A stretch of 64,000 bases of DNA from a virus: the IMG/VR virus record IMGVR_UViG_3300025888_000011, positions 77,153-141,152 of that record; one strand, written 5' to 3'. The notes under the pieces were generated by a model. That model made no database searches, was not told where the DNA came from, and worked only from the letters and a program-made list of their open reading frames with translations. This document shows, one piece after another, positions 38,543 through 49,144 of the stretch. Within the stretch, counting starts at the first letter, position 1; every line of letters begins with the position of its first letter. Made by a program: the position numbers and the translations under genes.

Positions 38543-41500
38543 GTGCAAAGTAATAAGGATTTAAATTCTGTTATTATAGTTAATTCAGAATTAAAAAAGA
38601 ATAAAGCATATGGAAGGATACATATAAATTCTGCTTTAAATATGCCGACTAAAATAACAGTATCAAATAATATGGATTTAAATTGTAGAGTTGTTATAAA
38701 ACCAAATAACAAAATGTTTGGTAAGGTTGATATAGTTGAAAAAAATGTTATTGATAATTATTTATTGCCAATAAAAGACGCTTTTGTTCGGAGTGAACTT
38801 CCTGTATTCAATTATGGAGAACAACAAGATTTATTAGTTGGTAAAAACAAACACAATAACGAAACATATCGTTCTCTTCTTGAATTTAACTTAAACTCGT
38901 TATCAAGAAATCTTATATTTATCTCAGCAAAATTAACACTAACATGTTTAGACTATGATGTATTATCATCTGATTTACAGTTATTTGAAGCAAATGAAAG
39001 TTGGTTTGAAACAGGTGTGACATATAATTCTGCACCTACTAGTAAAGATTTGATTGCTAGTTTATCTGATTGTGGAAATAAAGGAGCACTTGAATTTGAT
39101 TTATCAAATGTAATACAAGATTGGTATAAAGGTGATAAGATAAAAAATGGTTTCATTTTAAAAGTAGCAGATGAAACTTTAGATGGATTTAAACGATTTG
39201 GTTCAAAAGAAAGCCAATTTAAACCAAAATTAGTATTACAATATTATGACCCTATTCCAAAATCATATGGAACTTTAATAGTAAAATCAAAAATAGTTGT
39301 TAGAAAAAATGACTATATGGATTTACCCTCAAAAGTAATTGTTCCTGTGCATGATGGTGGTGGAGATTTTCCTTCACAAATTAAAGTTAGAAATGGGAAT
39401 TATATAAATTCTTTAATAACAGTAAGTAGAGATTTTATTACTTCAAAAATTACTGTAACTGGTAAATATGATATATTAACACAAGTGTCTATAAAAAATG
39501 ATGGATGGAATCAACTACCCTGTAAAATAGATGTATCTTCTCCTTTTATAGCAAGTAAGATAAAAATTACAAATTCAATTGATTTAAATACTGAGATTAT
39601 TGTTAAAAGATATGACAATTCAATTATAAATTCTAAACTTATAGTACATAGACCATTTTTAAATTCTAAAATAGTCGTTGGTGGATTAAGTCATCTCCCA
39701 ATATTGCTTAAAATAAAAAGGGCAGAAGGAACAGATGTACCATCACAGATTATTGTACAGAAATATCAGAATAATGATAAAAATTCTAAACTTGTTGTTA
39801 CATATTTTAAGGATATGCCTTCTAAGATTAGGATAACTGGTAGAAATGATTTTGATTCACAAATTACAATACGACAAAATGTTAATAGAGATATAAAGAC
39901 TAAGATAATTAGTACGCATTTCAATGATTTAGTTACTAAGTTAAGAGTAACAGGAATATCACAAGAAGACAAAGATTCACAAATAATTGTAAAAAGAGAA
40001 GATTATAATGAATTAAATTCTCAGCTAATAATAAGCTATTTTAATGATATAAATACACTTATTAAAGTTACTACTGCCTCAATTGAATCACAAGTAATTG
40101 TTAGAAATTATAATGATAATGATTTTGATTCAAGAATTATTATAACTCCTACAAATAATATACTTTCAAAAGTAAATATAGCTTGGACAAAAGACATAAT
40201 AACAAGAATGATAATAAAAATCCCTTATGCTTTTGATTTTCCTTCAAAGGTAGAGGTAAAAGACCCTGCTGTAATGTACTCGAAAGTTATTATAAGACAT
40301 AATGAAACGTTTGATAAAGACTCTATATTAAATGTAAGCAAGGCATTCGTTGAATCTAGTTTATTAGTAAATATACCATTTATTAATAGTAAAGTTATAA
40401 TTAGTCAACCTAGCATTGAAACTTCTATAACAGTACATAGACCATTTATTGAATCAAAAGTTATCATTTCCAAGTCTTTTATCGAGTCAAAAATAAACGT
40501 ATCTAAAAATAACTTACTATGTTCTATTACTATATTTAAGCCATTTATTGACTCAAAAATAATAATTAATAGAGCTTTCATTGATACAATATTAAAAGTA
40601 AGAGAACATACTGATTCAGACATTGAAAGCAAATTGGTTGTCATAGAACAAGGAATAAAAGATATACAAACTAAGATAAATATTTCTGTTCAAAACAAAA
40701 TGTTTGGCAGAGTTGAAATAGAACGACCTCCAAATATCAAAGTAGAAAAATTTGCTATACAGGATGCTTATGTTAAGAAAAGTGTACCAATGTTTAATTA
40801 TGGTGATATGCAAGATATGTATATCGGAAGTAATAATTATGGAAATGAAATTTATAGGTCATTATTATCTTTCACATTAAAAGATATACCAAAAACTGCT
40901 TATTTTACTAAGTGTAAATTAGTTTTAACTGCTTGTAGTTTAGAGTATTATCCACATGATATTGAATTACATGAAACTAGTAAAGCATGGTATGAATATG
41001 GGGTAACTTATGCAGGTCAACCAAATTCGTTGGGAATTTTAGCTAAAGTTGAATCTTCAAATACTCTTGTTAGAAAATTAGAGTTTGATTTATTATCTTA
41101 CGCTGATGGTTGGTATAATGGTATATCAATTAAAAATGGCTTTATATTGAAAAGTTCTGAAGAAAATACATCTGTCATTAAAAGATTTTTCACAAGAGAA
41201 AGTCTATATCCACCTATCTTAGAAATTGAATACTTTGATACGGCAGTTATTAATAGAGTAAATGCTAATATTAACTCTCTTGTTACTGTTAGACAAAGCT
41301 CATATAAAGATTTGAACAGTAAAATAACCATACCTGTTTATGATTTCTATGAGGACTTAAGTTCTAAACTCACAATTAGAAATCGTGGTAATATGGCTAG
41401 TGATATTGATAGTACTATTAGAATTTCTAAAGGAGATATGAAATCAAGTATTAAGGTTAGAAATTATGACGAAAATTGGATAAATTCAAAATTACTTGTT

Positions 41501-42307
41501 AGAAATTATGCTGACGATGATGGATTATTATCTTCCGTAAATATAAGTCAACCAAAGTTAGATTGTAAAATTATTGTTTATAGAAACGATAGTTTTGAAA
41601 TTGACACTAAATTAATAACGAGAAGAATAGACAATATTGATTTGGATTCTGTAATTAATGTTAAAAAATATTCTGTTAAGGACATTAATACAAAAATTGG
41701 GATTAATAAGGATTGGTTGGACTCTAAAATTGTAATAAGAGAACATTCAAGTATTGATTGTAGAATTGAAATTAATAAAAAATCTAATGTTGATTTACAA
41801 AGTAAAATTGTAGTTAATTATACTAATGATATTAATTCAAAATTATTAGTTACTCAAATTAGTGATATCAAAAATAAAATAATAATACAAAGAAATGAAT
41901 ATAAAGATATTGACTCGAAGATTAAAATTACCAATGTTCATGATATTTCTACGAGGATAGATGTATCATATTCTAAAGATATTAATTCCAAAATTAAAGT
42001 TAGATTAATAGGTGATATTGATTTACCTGTAAAAATTACAGTAATTAATATTTCAGATTTAGATACTAAAATTCAAGTAGTAAAAGGTGATATAAACTCA
42101 AGATTAGTAGTTAGAATTAATGAAACTATTGATTTAGATAGCAATATAATAGTATTACCTACGAGTAATATTCTTTCTAGGGTTGATATTGTCCAAGTCA
42201 AAGATATTAATTCAAGCATAACAGTAAGAAGTTCTTTTTATAGCGATATGTTATTTCAAATTACTATAAAAAATTATGGAGTAATAGGATATGCATACAT
42301 TATGTAG
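38543..42307 (+). CDS. Repeat protein with two DNRLRE/CBM96-like domains
   Basis: Two copies of DA.V..P.FNYG..YRSLL.F..W.E.GVTY..NGFILK..P.L..Y separated and followed by dozens of D..S.I.V repeats. Confidence 0.7.
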   Translation: MQSNKDLNSVIIVNSELKKNKAYGRIHINSALNMPTKITVSNNMDLNCRVVIKPNNKMFGKVDIVEKNVIDNYLLPIKDAFVRSELPVFNYGEQQDLLVGKNKHNNETYRSLLEFNLNSLSRNLIFISAKLTLTCLDYDVLSSDLQLFEANESWFETGVTYNSAPTSKDLIASLSDCGNKGALEFDLSNVIQDWYKGDKIKNGFILKVADETLDGFKRFGSKESQFKPKLVLQYYDPIPKSYGTLIVKSKIVVRKNDYMDLPSKVIVPVHDGGGDFPSQIKVRNGNYINSLITVSRDFITSKITVTGKYDILTQVSIKNDGWNQLPCKIDVSSPFIASKIKITNSIDLNTEIIVKRYDNSIINSKLIVHRPFLNSKIVVGGLSHLPILLKIKRAEGTDVPSQIIVQKYQNNDKNSKLVVTYFKDMPSKIRITGRNDFDSQITIRQNVNRDIKTKIISTHFNDLVTKLRVTGISQEDKDSQIIVKREDYNELNSQLIISYFNDINTLIKVTTASIESQVIVRNYNDNDFDSRIIITPTNNILSKVNIAWTKDIITRMIIKIPYAFDFPSKVEVKDPAVMYSKVIIRHNETFDKDSILNVSKAFVESSLLVNIPFINSKVIISQPSIETSITVHRPFIESKVIISKSFIESKINVSKNNLLCSITIFKPFIDSKIIINRAFIDTILKVREHTDSDIESKLVVIEQGIKDIQTKINISVQNKMFGRVEIERPPNIKVEKFAIQDAYVKKSVPMFNYGDMQDMYIGSNNYGNEIYRSLLSFTLKDIPKTAYFTKCKLVLTACSLEYYPHDIELHETSKAWYEYGVTYAGQPNSLGILAKVESSNTLVRKLEFDLLSYADGWYNGISIKNGFILKSSEENTSVIKRFFTRESLYPPILEIEYFDTAVINRVNANINSLVTVRQSSYKDLNSKITIPVYDFYEDLSSKLTIRNRGNMASDIDSTIRISKGDMKSSIKVRNYDENWINSKLLVRNYADDDGLLSSVNISQPKLDCKIIVYRNDSFEIDTKLITRRIDNIDLDSVINVKKYSVKDINTKIGINKDWLDSKIVIREHSSIDCRIEINKKSNVDLQSKIVVNYTNDINSKLLVTQISDIKNKIIIQRNEYKDIDSKIKITNVHDISTRIDVSYSKDINSKIKVRLIGDIDLPVKITVINISDLDTKIQVVKGDINSRLVVRINETIDLDSNIIVLPTSNILSRVDIVQVKDINSSITVRSSFYSDMLFQITIKNYGVIGYAYIM

Positions 42308-42349
42308 GGCTTAATAAAAATATAAAAAACAAAGGAGAATGATGAAATT

Positions 42350-43363
42350 ATGGCAAATGTAAAATTTTATAAAGGATTAAAAACGGCTCTACCTACAACA
42401 AATTGCACAGACAGTAGTAGTCTATATTTTTTAGAGGACTCTCAAGAAATATATAAGAGTGTTTTAGGACAATTACCAATCAAAATGAGTGATTATATAA
42501 TCTGTACAATCTTACCAGTCACAGGTCTACAAGGTAAATTATATTTAGAAACAACAACGTGGACTCTAAATGTATGGAATGGAACTATTTATAAATTAGT
42601 AGGAGGGAATCCATTAAATATTACTGCTAGTTCAGTTGATACATTTACAAATAAGACAATAGATGCAACAACAAATACAATTAGTAATATAGATTTAGTC
42701 AACTTTAAAACAGGAGTAATTAGTACAGATAATACATTAGTTGGGAACTCAGACAGCACGTTCAGTACAACTAAAGCAGTAAAAGGATATACAGATTCTA
42801 CAATAAGCACTAACTTAACATCATTAAAGGGAGGAGTTGCTACAGACGGTGATACCCTTGCCAAGTTAAGAGGATTAATTGGTGGAATAGAAACTTTATT
42901 AAATTCTAATGATGTAAGTTTAGATTCATTACAAGAAATCGTAACATACATAAAAGATAATAAAACAATTCTCGATGGAGTTACAACAACAAAAGTTAAT
43001 GTTTCTGACATTATTGATGATTTAATTCATACAGATATAAATAAACCTTTAAGTGCAAATCAAGGTAAAAATTTAAAAGGATTACTTGATACTTTATCTA
43101 CTCTTGTAGGAACAAAAGCTGATAAAGTAATAGGAGCAGTTGCACAAGATATTGCTATTTTAGATGTAAATGGAAATTTAGTCGATAGTGGTAAGAAATT
43201 ATCTGAGTATTCAACTTTAACTTATACAGATGCACAAGATGTAATTACCTTAAATAGTAGTAAAAGTTATTCAAATGCTCAAGATGTGATTAATTTGGCA
43301 TCAGCCAATAACTACACAGATTCAGCAATAATTTCAGCTATAAGTTGGATAGACTTAGTTTAA
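42350..43363 (+). CDS. Putative fibre protein, paralog of 23983
   Basis: Same N-terminal module; DTL.KL, LDSLQEIV and PLSANQGK.LK fibre motifs. Confidence 0.65.
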   Translation: MANVKFYKGLKTALPTTNCTDSSSLYFLEDSQEIYKSVLGQLPIKMSDYIICTILPVTGLQGKLYLETTTWTLNVWNGTIYKLVGGNPLNITASSVDTFTNKTIDATTNTISNIDLVNFKTGVISTDNTLVGNSDSTFSTTKAVKGYTDSTISTNLTSLKGGVATDGDTLAKLRGLIGGIETLLNSNDVSLDSLQEIVTYIKDNKTILDGVTTTKVNVSDIIDDLIHTDINKPLSANQGKNLKGLLDTLSTLVGTKADKVIGAVAQDIAILDVNGNLVDSGKKLSEYSTLTYTDAQDVITLNSSKSYSNAQDVINLASANNYTDSAIISAISWIDLV

Positions 43364-43445
43364 TAAAATAATATAAAATAAAGGTGGGTAACACAATCTC
43401 GCCTTTTTCTTTAATTTAAAAAGGGAAGGTGGGATTAAATGGATT

Positions 43446-43952
43446 ATGAGTGAAAAAATTAAGTTTATAAAGACAAGTCAGAGCAATTTACCTGCACAAG
43501 GGTTACTGGGTGGTATATATTTTTGTATTGATACGAGGAATCTGTATATGACTAATAGCGATTCAACTTTATCTAAGTATTCAGATATAATTGAATTAGA
43601 TACAGAAGATGAAAGATTAGGATTATTTGCACCTCTTACAGATAAATTCTATTATGTAAAATCATCAAAACGTATGTATTTTTATAAAGATTCCTTTGAG
43701 TTATTAGGTGGTTACTTGTTAGAGTCTAATTTTATAGCAACATTGGATAATACAACAAATATAATTCATGGATTAAATTATAATCCTCTATATGATATTT
43801 TACAAGCATTTGATATGTATGTAGGAGGATTGTTGACAATAACAGAAAACTATACTGAAAATATTAATAATAATAGTATTGACTTAGTTGAAATGAGTTT
43901 AAAAGTTGGTGAGAAAATTAAATTTAATTTATTTAAAAACATGAAAGTATAA
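43446..43952 (+). CDS. Putative fibre protein, paralog of 24836
   Basis: IYFCID..Y; GLFAPLTDKFYYVKS. Confidence 0.55.
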   Translation: MSEKIKFIKTSQSNLPAQGLLGGIYFCIDTRNLYMTNSDSTLSKYSDIIELDTEDERLGLFAPLTDKFYYVKSSKRMYFYKDSFELLGGYLLESNFIATLDNTTNIIHGLNYNPLYDILQAFDMYVGGLLTITENYTENINNNSIDLVEMSLKVGEKIKFNLFKNMKV

Positions 43953-44250
43953 ATAATTTTAAGTGGAATTAATAACTCCACTTACTTTTTAGAGGAAATA
44001 ACTTTAATTTGTTTCTTGTAAAAAGTAATATAATAATATCTAAAATACTTACTAAATTTAATTAAATACTTTATCTTATAGTCTATGAATGGCTTAACTT
44101 GGTAGCAAATATTCACTCTCAGCAATCTCACAACTTAAATCATACTAGTATACATAATTACAAATTTGAAGCGTTTTAAAAGCAATCTGACAAGAATGTA
44201 TATAAAACTAAATTAACTAAATTTAATTAACTATAATAATATAAAAACTA

Positions 44251-44279
44251 TTGACAGTAAACCTTAAAAAGATTATAAT
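44251..44279 (+). promoter_or_regulatory. Sigma-A type promoter
   Basis: Perfect TTGACA-N17-TATAAT. Confidence 0.8.
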
Positions 44280-44440
44280 CTAAATATAGGGAAATATTCT
44301 TATTAAATGCATGTGTTCATACTCTTATAATATTAATATCTTTAACAATGTGATAGAATAATAATAGATACATATTTTTAAAACAAATTTTATTGAATCT
44401 ATATAATAAAAATATGAATAGAAATTATAGGAGATATTAT

Positions 44441-45277
44441 ATGACTAATAAAGATAGAAACCCAATTAAGATTGTTGGAAAAGCTAATCCTATTAAAAAA
44501 GTTACTCAAAGAACATTGTTTGATATTGAGCCAAAGGAGATTAAAGTAGCTAAGGATAATGTTAATAATAATGAAGTGTCACATGTGATACCAAAACGTA
44601 AGAGAATTAAACTTATTAACTCAACACGTAGAACGCCAAATCGTAAAAAACTTAAAATTGATATGATAATAGATGATATTGAAGATAATAAAATGCAGAA
44701 GTCATTAGCTAAAAATGGATTGCGACAAGATAGTATTTTTGATGGAGTGACTACATTTTCAGAAAAAATAAAAGAAACAAATGAGCTTAGTAAATATAAA
44801 ATGCCTCAAGAAGACAAAGATAAATTTATTAAATTAAGTGATGAAACTAAATTAGGAGTAATGGAAGTATTGTTAGATACCGTTGAGAATAACAAAAAGA
44901 TAAAATCTCAAATGGATAAAATGATGAAAGATATGCAAAGTTTTAGAAGTCAAATAGCAACTTTAACAATTAGTAATAATCAGCAAATTAAAGAGAAGAT
45001 AGTTGTAGATAAAAACAAAAAATGGACAATTGATGATAGTGCTTTTATTGAGTTGTATACTATTTCATCAAAATTAAAAGATATATTAACAGAGGAAAGA
45101 ATGAGTCAAACTGAGATATGTGAACATACTGGAATTAATAAAAGTACAATGAGTAATATATTAAGTTATCCTGAAAAAATAACTTTATTGAACGCTTATA
45201 AGATTTCTAAAGTATTAGGTAAATCTATTGAAGAAATATTTGACTTTGATATGCAAATGGAAGATTATGTAGAATGA
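44441..45277 (+). CDS. Protein with C-terminal XRE/Cro helix-turn-helix
   Basis: MSQTEICEHTGINKSTMSNI..AYKISKVLGKSIEEIF; AGGAG RBS favours ATG 44441. Confidence 0.75.
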   Translation: MTNKDRNPIKIVGKANPIKKVTQRTLFDIEPKEIKVAKDNVNNNEVSHVIPKRKRIKLINSTRRTPNRKKLKIDMIIDDIEDNKMQKSLAKNGLRQDSIFDGVTTFSEKIKETNELSKYKMPQEDKDKFIKLSDETKLGVMEVLLDTVENNKKIKSQMDKMMKDMQSFRSQIATLTISNNQQIKEKIVVDKNKKWTIDDSAFIELYTISSKLKDILTEERMSQTEICEHTGINKSTMSNILSYPEKITLLNAYKISKVLGKSIEEIFDFDMQMEDYVE

Positions 45278-45346
45278 TAAAATAAGAAATAAAAACTAAA
45301 TAAATTTAGAATTATAGAAATAAATCTAATATATGAAATATTTATA

Positions 45347-45375
45347 TTGTATATTGGAAAACCCTATGGTATACT
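45347..45375 (+). promoter_or_regulatory. Sigma-A type promoter
   Basis: TTGTAT-N17-TATACT with TG extension. Confidence 0.55.
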
Positions 45376-45427
45376 TTTTTTATTGGGAAGTAATTCCTAA
45401 ATAAGAATACATAGGGGGATTTAATAT

Positions 45428-45634
45428 ATGATGTTTGCTAAAGAAAATAAAAATGGTGAAATAGAATTAAATGGGACAGAGAGTGAGATTGGGGAACTTT
45501 GTACGTTTAGAGATTTATTAGAATATGCTTCGGAAGGCAATAATTTAATCAATGGATTTATTATGTGTAGAGATGGAATTATAAACGTTAATAATGAAGA
45601 AATTGAATTAGTTGTTAAATCCATTCATGTATAG
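45428..45634 (+). CDS. Small acidic protein, paralog of 53619
   Basis: ELCTFRDLLEY vs ELCNFDELLDY; GGGGG RBS. Confidence 0.65.
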   Translation: MMFAKENKNGEIELNGTESEIGELCTFRDLLEYASEGNNLINGFIMCRDGIINVNNEEIELVVKSIHV

Positions 45635-45809
45635 TACCAAAATTAAATTGATTATAACAAATAGTAATATTTGATTATATATAAAAAAGATAGAATAATT
45701 ATAAGGGTTGCAAACTGAATAATTAATTGACAAGTAGTGGTTTATCATTCCCACTACTTCTTTTGTTGCGTCAAAAAATGGTATAAAAGAAAGAAAGGAA
45801 TGATATAAA

Positions 45810-47417
45810 ATGGGTCTATTAACGAAAATGGTAAAGACAAAATGGAATAAAACGAATAAAAAATATTATCAAGAATTAGGTTATACATATACTAAAATAA
45901 AAGATGAGTTTGATGTAAAAGTTAACCATCTATCAAAATGGAGTAAAATTAATGTTGAAGTTAAATGTGATGGTGAGAATTGTGGAAAAACAATATTAGT
46001 TCAATGGACAAATTATAATATACATGTTCAAGATGATGGTAAATACTATTGCGTACATTGTACACACCATAAGGATGAGGGGTTTATATCATTTGAGCAA
46101 TGGTGTTATGATAGTTTAACGAATAAAGAGGCAAATGAAGTTTTATCTCGGTGGGATTATGATTTAAATGAATTAAAACCTAGCGAAATAAGTTTTGGAA
46201 CACAAAAAAAATATTGGTTTAAATGTTTGTCTCATATAGAACATCATAGTGAATTAAAAGGTTTATCAGGTTTTAGAAGTGGACAAAAAGGAAGCCTAGA
46301 TTGCAAACAATGTAATTCTTTTGCTCAATGGTGTATCAATAATAGTAGAGAAGATTGGTTAAATTTATGGGATTATGATTTGAATGACTGTTTTCCAACT
46401 GAAATAGCATATAGTAAACACATAAGATGTTATTTTAAGTGCCCAAAGGGAATACATAAAAGTGAACAAAAGAATATAAATAGCCTTACAAGTGGACATG
46501 AAGGAGGTATGGATTGCAAACAATGTAATTCTTTTGCACAATATTTAATAGATACATACGGCGATAATGCTTTAGACTTATATTGGGATTATAAATTAAA
46601 TGAAATTAGTCCATGGGAAATTAGTAAAAGTGGTAGAAAACCTGTATATATAAAATGCCAAGATAAATTGTATCATGAAAGTTATAGGGAAAAATGTCAT
46701 GATTTCTTTATAGGAAATAGATGTCCTTATTGTCATGGACTTAAAACTCACCCAAGAGATTCTTTAGGACAATACATAATAGATAATTTTGGAGTTAAAT
46801 TTTTAGTGAAAATATGGAGTGATAAGAATGATATGTCTCCTTTTACATATAGACCAAAATCCAGTGATGAAGTATGGTGGAAATGTTTAGATGAAAAACA
46901 CGAAGATTTTTATAGAAGAATAAGTGGCTCAAATATCAGTAGTTTTAGATGTCCTGAGTGTCAATTTTCAAAAGGTGAGAAGATGATTGAAAAATGGCTA
47001 ATAAAAAATGGATTTAAAAATTTAAATTTGTTTGATATGGATATATATAATAATCACTATAATAAATATACACCTCAAAAACCATTTGATGGACTTTTAG
47101 GATTAAAAGGTGGAAGTTTAAGTTATGATTTTTACTTACCACAACATAATCTATTGATTGAATATCAAGGTGAACAACATGAACATCCCGTAGATTTTAG
47201 AAGTGAAGGCATTGAAGTAGCAGAAGAAAATTTTATTAAACAACAAGAACATGATAGAAGAAAAAAAGAATATGCACAAGATAATAATATAGATTTATTA
47301 CCAATTTGGTATTGGGACTATGATAAGATTGATGAAATATTAAATAAAATACATAAAAATATAGAATATTTAGATACATATAACAAATTAAAAATAGTAC
47401 AGAAACGTAATAGATAA
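45810..47417 (+). CDS. Free-standing putative homing endonuclease (zinc ribbons plus Vsr/DUF559-like nuclease)
   Basis: CKQCNSFAQ repeats as in 9451/18625; SKGEK..YDFYLP..IEYQGEQH..IWYWD. Confidence 0.72.
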   Translation: MGLLTKMVKTKWNKTNKKYYQELGYTYTKIKDEFDVKVNHLSKWSKINVEVKCDGENCGKTILVQWTNYNIHVQDDGKYYCVHCTHHKDEGFISFEQWCYDSLTNKEANEVLSRWDYDLNELKPSEISFGTQKKYWFKCLSHIEHHSELKGLSGFRSGQKGSLDCKQCNSFAQWCINNSREDWLNLWDYDLNDCFPTEIAYSKHIRCYFKCPKGIHKSEQKNINSLTSGHEGGMDCKQCNSFAQYLIDTYGDNALDLYWDYKLNEISPWEISKSGRKPVYIKCQDKLYHESYREKCHDFFIGNRCPYCHGLKTHPRDSLGQYIIDNFGVKFLVKIWSDKNDMSPFTYRPKSSDEVWWKCLDEKHEDFYRRISGSNISSFRCPECQFSKGEKMIEKWLIKNGFKNLNLFDMDIYNNHYNKYTPQKPFDGLLGLKGGSLSYDFYLPQHNLLIEYQGEQHEHPVDFRSEGIEVAEENFIKQQEHDRRKKEYAQDNNIDLLPIWYWDYDKIDEILNKIHKNIEYLDTYNKLKIVQKRNR

Positions 47418-47981
47418 AATAACTACATATATAATAATATAAAAAAGTATTGCAATACATAGAATGTTATGGTAAAGTATTATTATAGTTAATTTGATGA
47501 GAGAAAAGTTTGTTTGCATTTTATGGAATGAATTCTCTTATCAAATTTACAAATATAATAGAATAATATAAAATGTGCATTTCATTTGAATGTTATGCTT
47601 GATTTAAGACATTCTAAGGCATAATAAATTATTAGATATAACATTACAACTAAACTTATTAGATTCAATACAATGGATATATGAGAGATATTTAACTATT
47701 GTGGAAGATTTAATGGGTTATATTAATAATGTTAAAATAATATAAAATACATAAAGTAATATAAATTTGATTATAACTTTCTATTCTAATATGCAGAGGA
47801 AAGTTTATATAGATAAAAATTAAGTGAAATAAGGCTTAGATTAAATTCTAGGTCTTTTATTACGTCCAAAATTAATAAAGATAAGTTCAAAAGAGAAAAG
47901 AAAGGTCGTCTTGACAGACAGTCAAACTAAAAAGCTTATGAATTGCTAACTTTTAAAATTTAGTGTGAGAGGAGTATTAAT

Positions 47982-48842
47982 ATGAAAATAAATGAATTAA
48001 AATGTACTTTGAAAGATATTATAAACGACTATATTGTTTCACATGAAGAAGAATATAAAAATGGAGAGCTAAATGATTTATTAGATACAAAACTTAAAAA
48101 TATTGTTAATATATATCCTAGTAAAATAACAAAAATAGGAGAGAGTCAAACACTTGAACAACATTTAAGAGGTTTATTTGAAGTGTTAAAATGGAAACAA
48201 AATATAATTTTCAATAGTGATAATATTTGCTATATATCTAATGAAGAAAGTCAAGAATTAGAAATCCATCATTTAATACCATTTGCAAGAATTGTAAAAG
48301 ATACTTTAACGGAATTAAGGTTAAAACGTAAGAAATTTATAAATGAATTTTCAGAGCAAGAAATTAATAATATATCGTTCTTATTTTTAGAAAAACATAG
48401 GAATACAATAGGTATATTAATCAAAAAGAGTCTACATATCCAGTTTCATAAAATTTATGGAAGTTATACATATAATGAAACTGATTTCAATAACTTTGTA
48501 AAATATATAAACAAAGAAATACAATTAGATATACCTAAGATTCAAATAGAAAGAAGAAAGATGCTCTATGAATGTGATTATTACAGAGAGAACTCTGGAT
48601 TAGCACATAACAGAATAGTAGATTTTGTTGATAAGGTTATAAAAAATAAAGAAGTGAGAAACATTTTAATTAATAATGGTAATTATGATTTAGAAAAAGG
48701 ACTTAAAAAAAGTTATATAAAAGAATATTTAAATATTAAAACAAATACATTTAAAAAAGCGTTATCAAAACCATTGATGATTCAATATATATTAGACAAT
48801 AAAATTGATTTATTGTCTAATAATAGATATTTAAAATTTTAA
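47982..48842 (+). CDS. HNH-like endonuclease domain protein
   Basis: CYIS..LEIHHLIPF..H..FHKIYG. Confidence 0.55.
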   Translation: MKINELKCTLKDIINDYIVSHEEEYKNGELNDLLDTKLKNIVNIYPSKITKIGESQTLEQHLRGLFEVLKWKQNIIFNSDNICYISNEESQELEIHHLIPFARIVKDTLTELRLKRKKFINEFSEQEINNISFLFLEKHRNTIGILIKKSLHIQFHKIYGSYTYNETDFNNFVKYINKEIQLDIPKIQIERRKMLYECDYYRENSGLAHNRIVDFVDKVIKNKEVRNILINNGNYDLEKGLKKSYIKEYLNIKTNTFKKALSKPLMIQYILDNKIDLLSNNRYLKF

Positions 48843-48861
48843 AATTAGAAGGAGTAATAAT

Positions 48862-49053
48862 ATGAGTAAAGTTTATTCTAGGGGATTTGTGTTTCTATAT
48901 AATGAATTGCAAAAAGACTACTATTTAGATGAGGGTTGTCCAATGGTAGATTCTAACATACATCCAATAAGTAAAAAGCAATTTTGGGTGTTTAAATATG
49001 ATGATGTACAAGTAGCTTTTGATAAATGGTGTAATAGAAAACATAGCAAATAA
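48862..49053 (+). CDS. Small DUF5659-like protein
   Basis: F..YN..Y...G..HP.SKK.FWVF..W; followed by terminator-like hairpin 49081-49110. Confidence 0.65.
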   Translation: MSKVYSRGFVFLYNELQKDYYLDEGCPMVDSNIHPISKKQFWVFKYDDVQVAFDKWCNRKHSK

Positions 49054-49144
49054 TATAAAATTACATAATTTAGTATGAGTTAAGTCGTAAGAGAAATCTT
49101 ATGGCTTTTGTTATGTGAAAAATTAGTGTGAAGGAGGAACAGTA

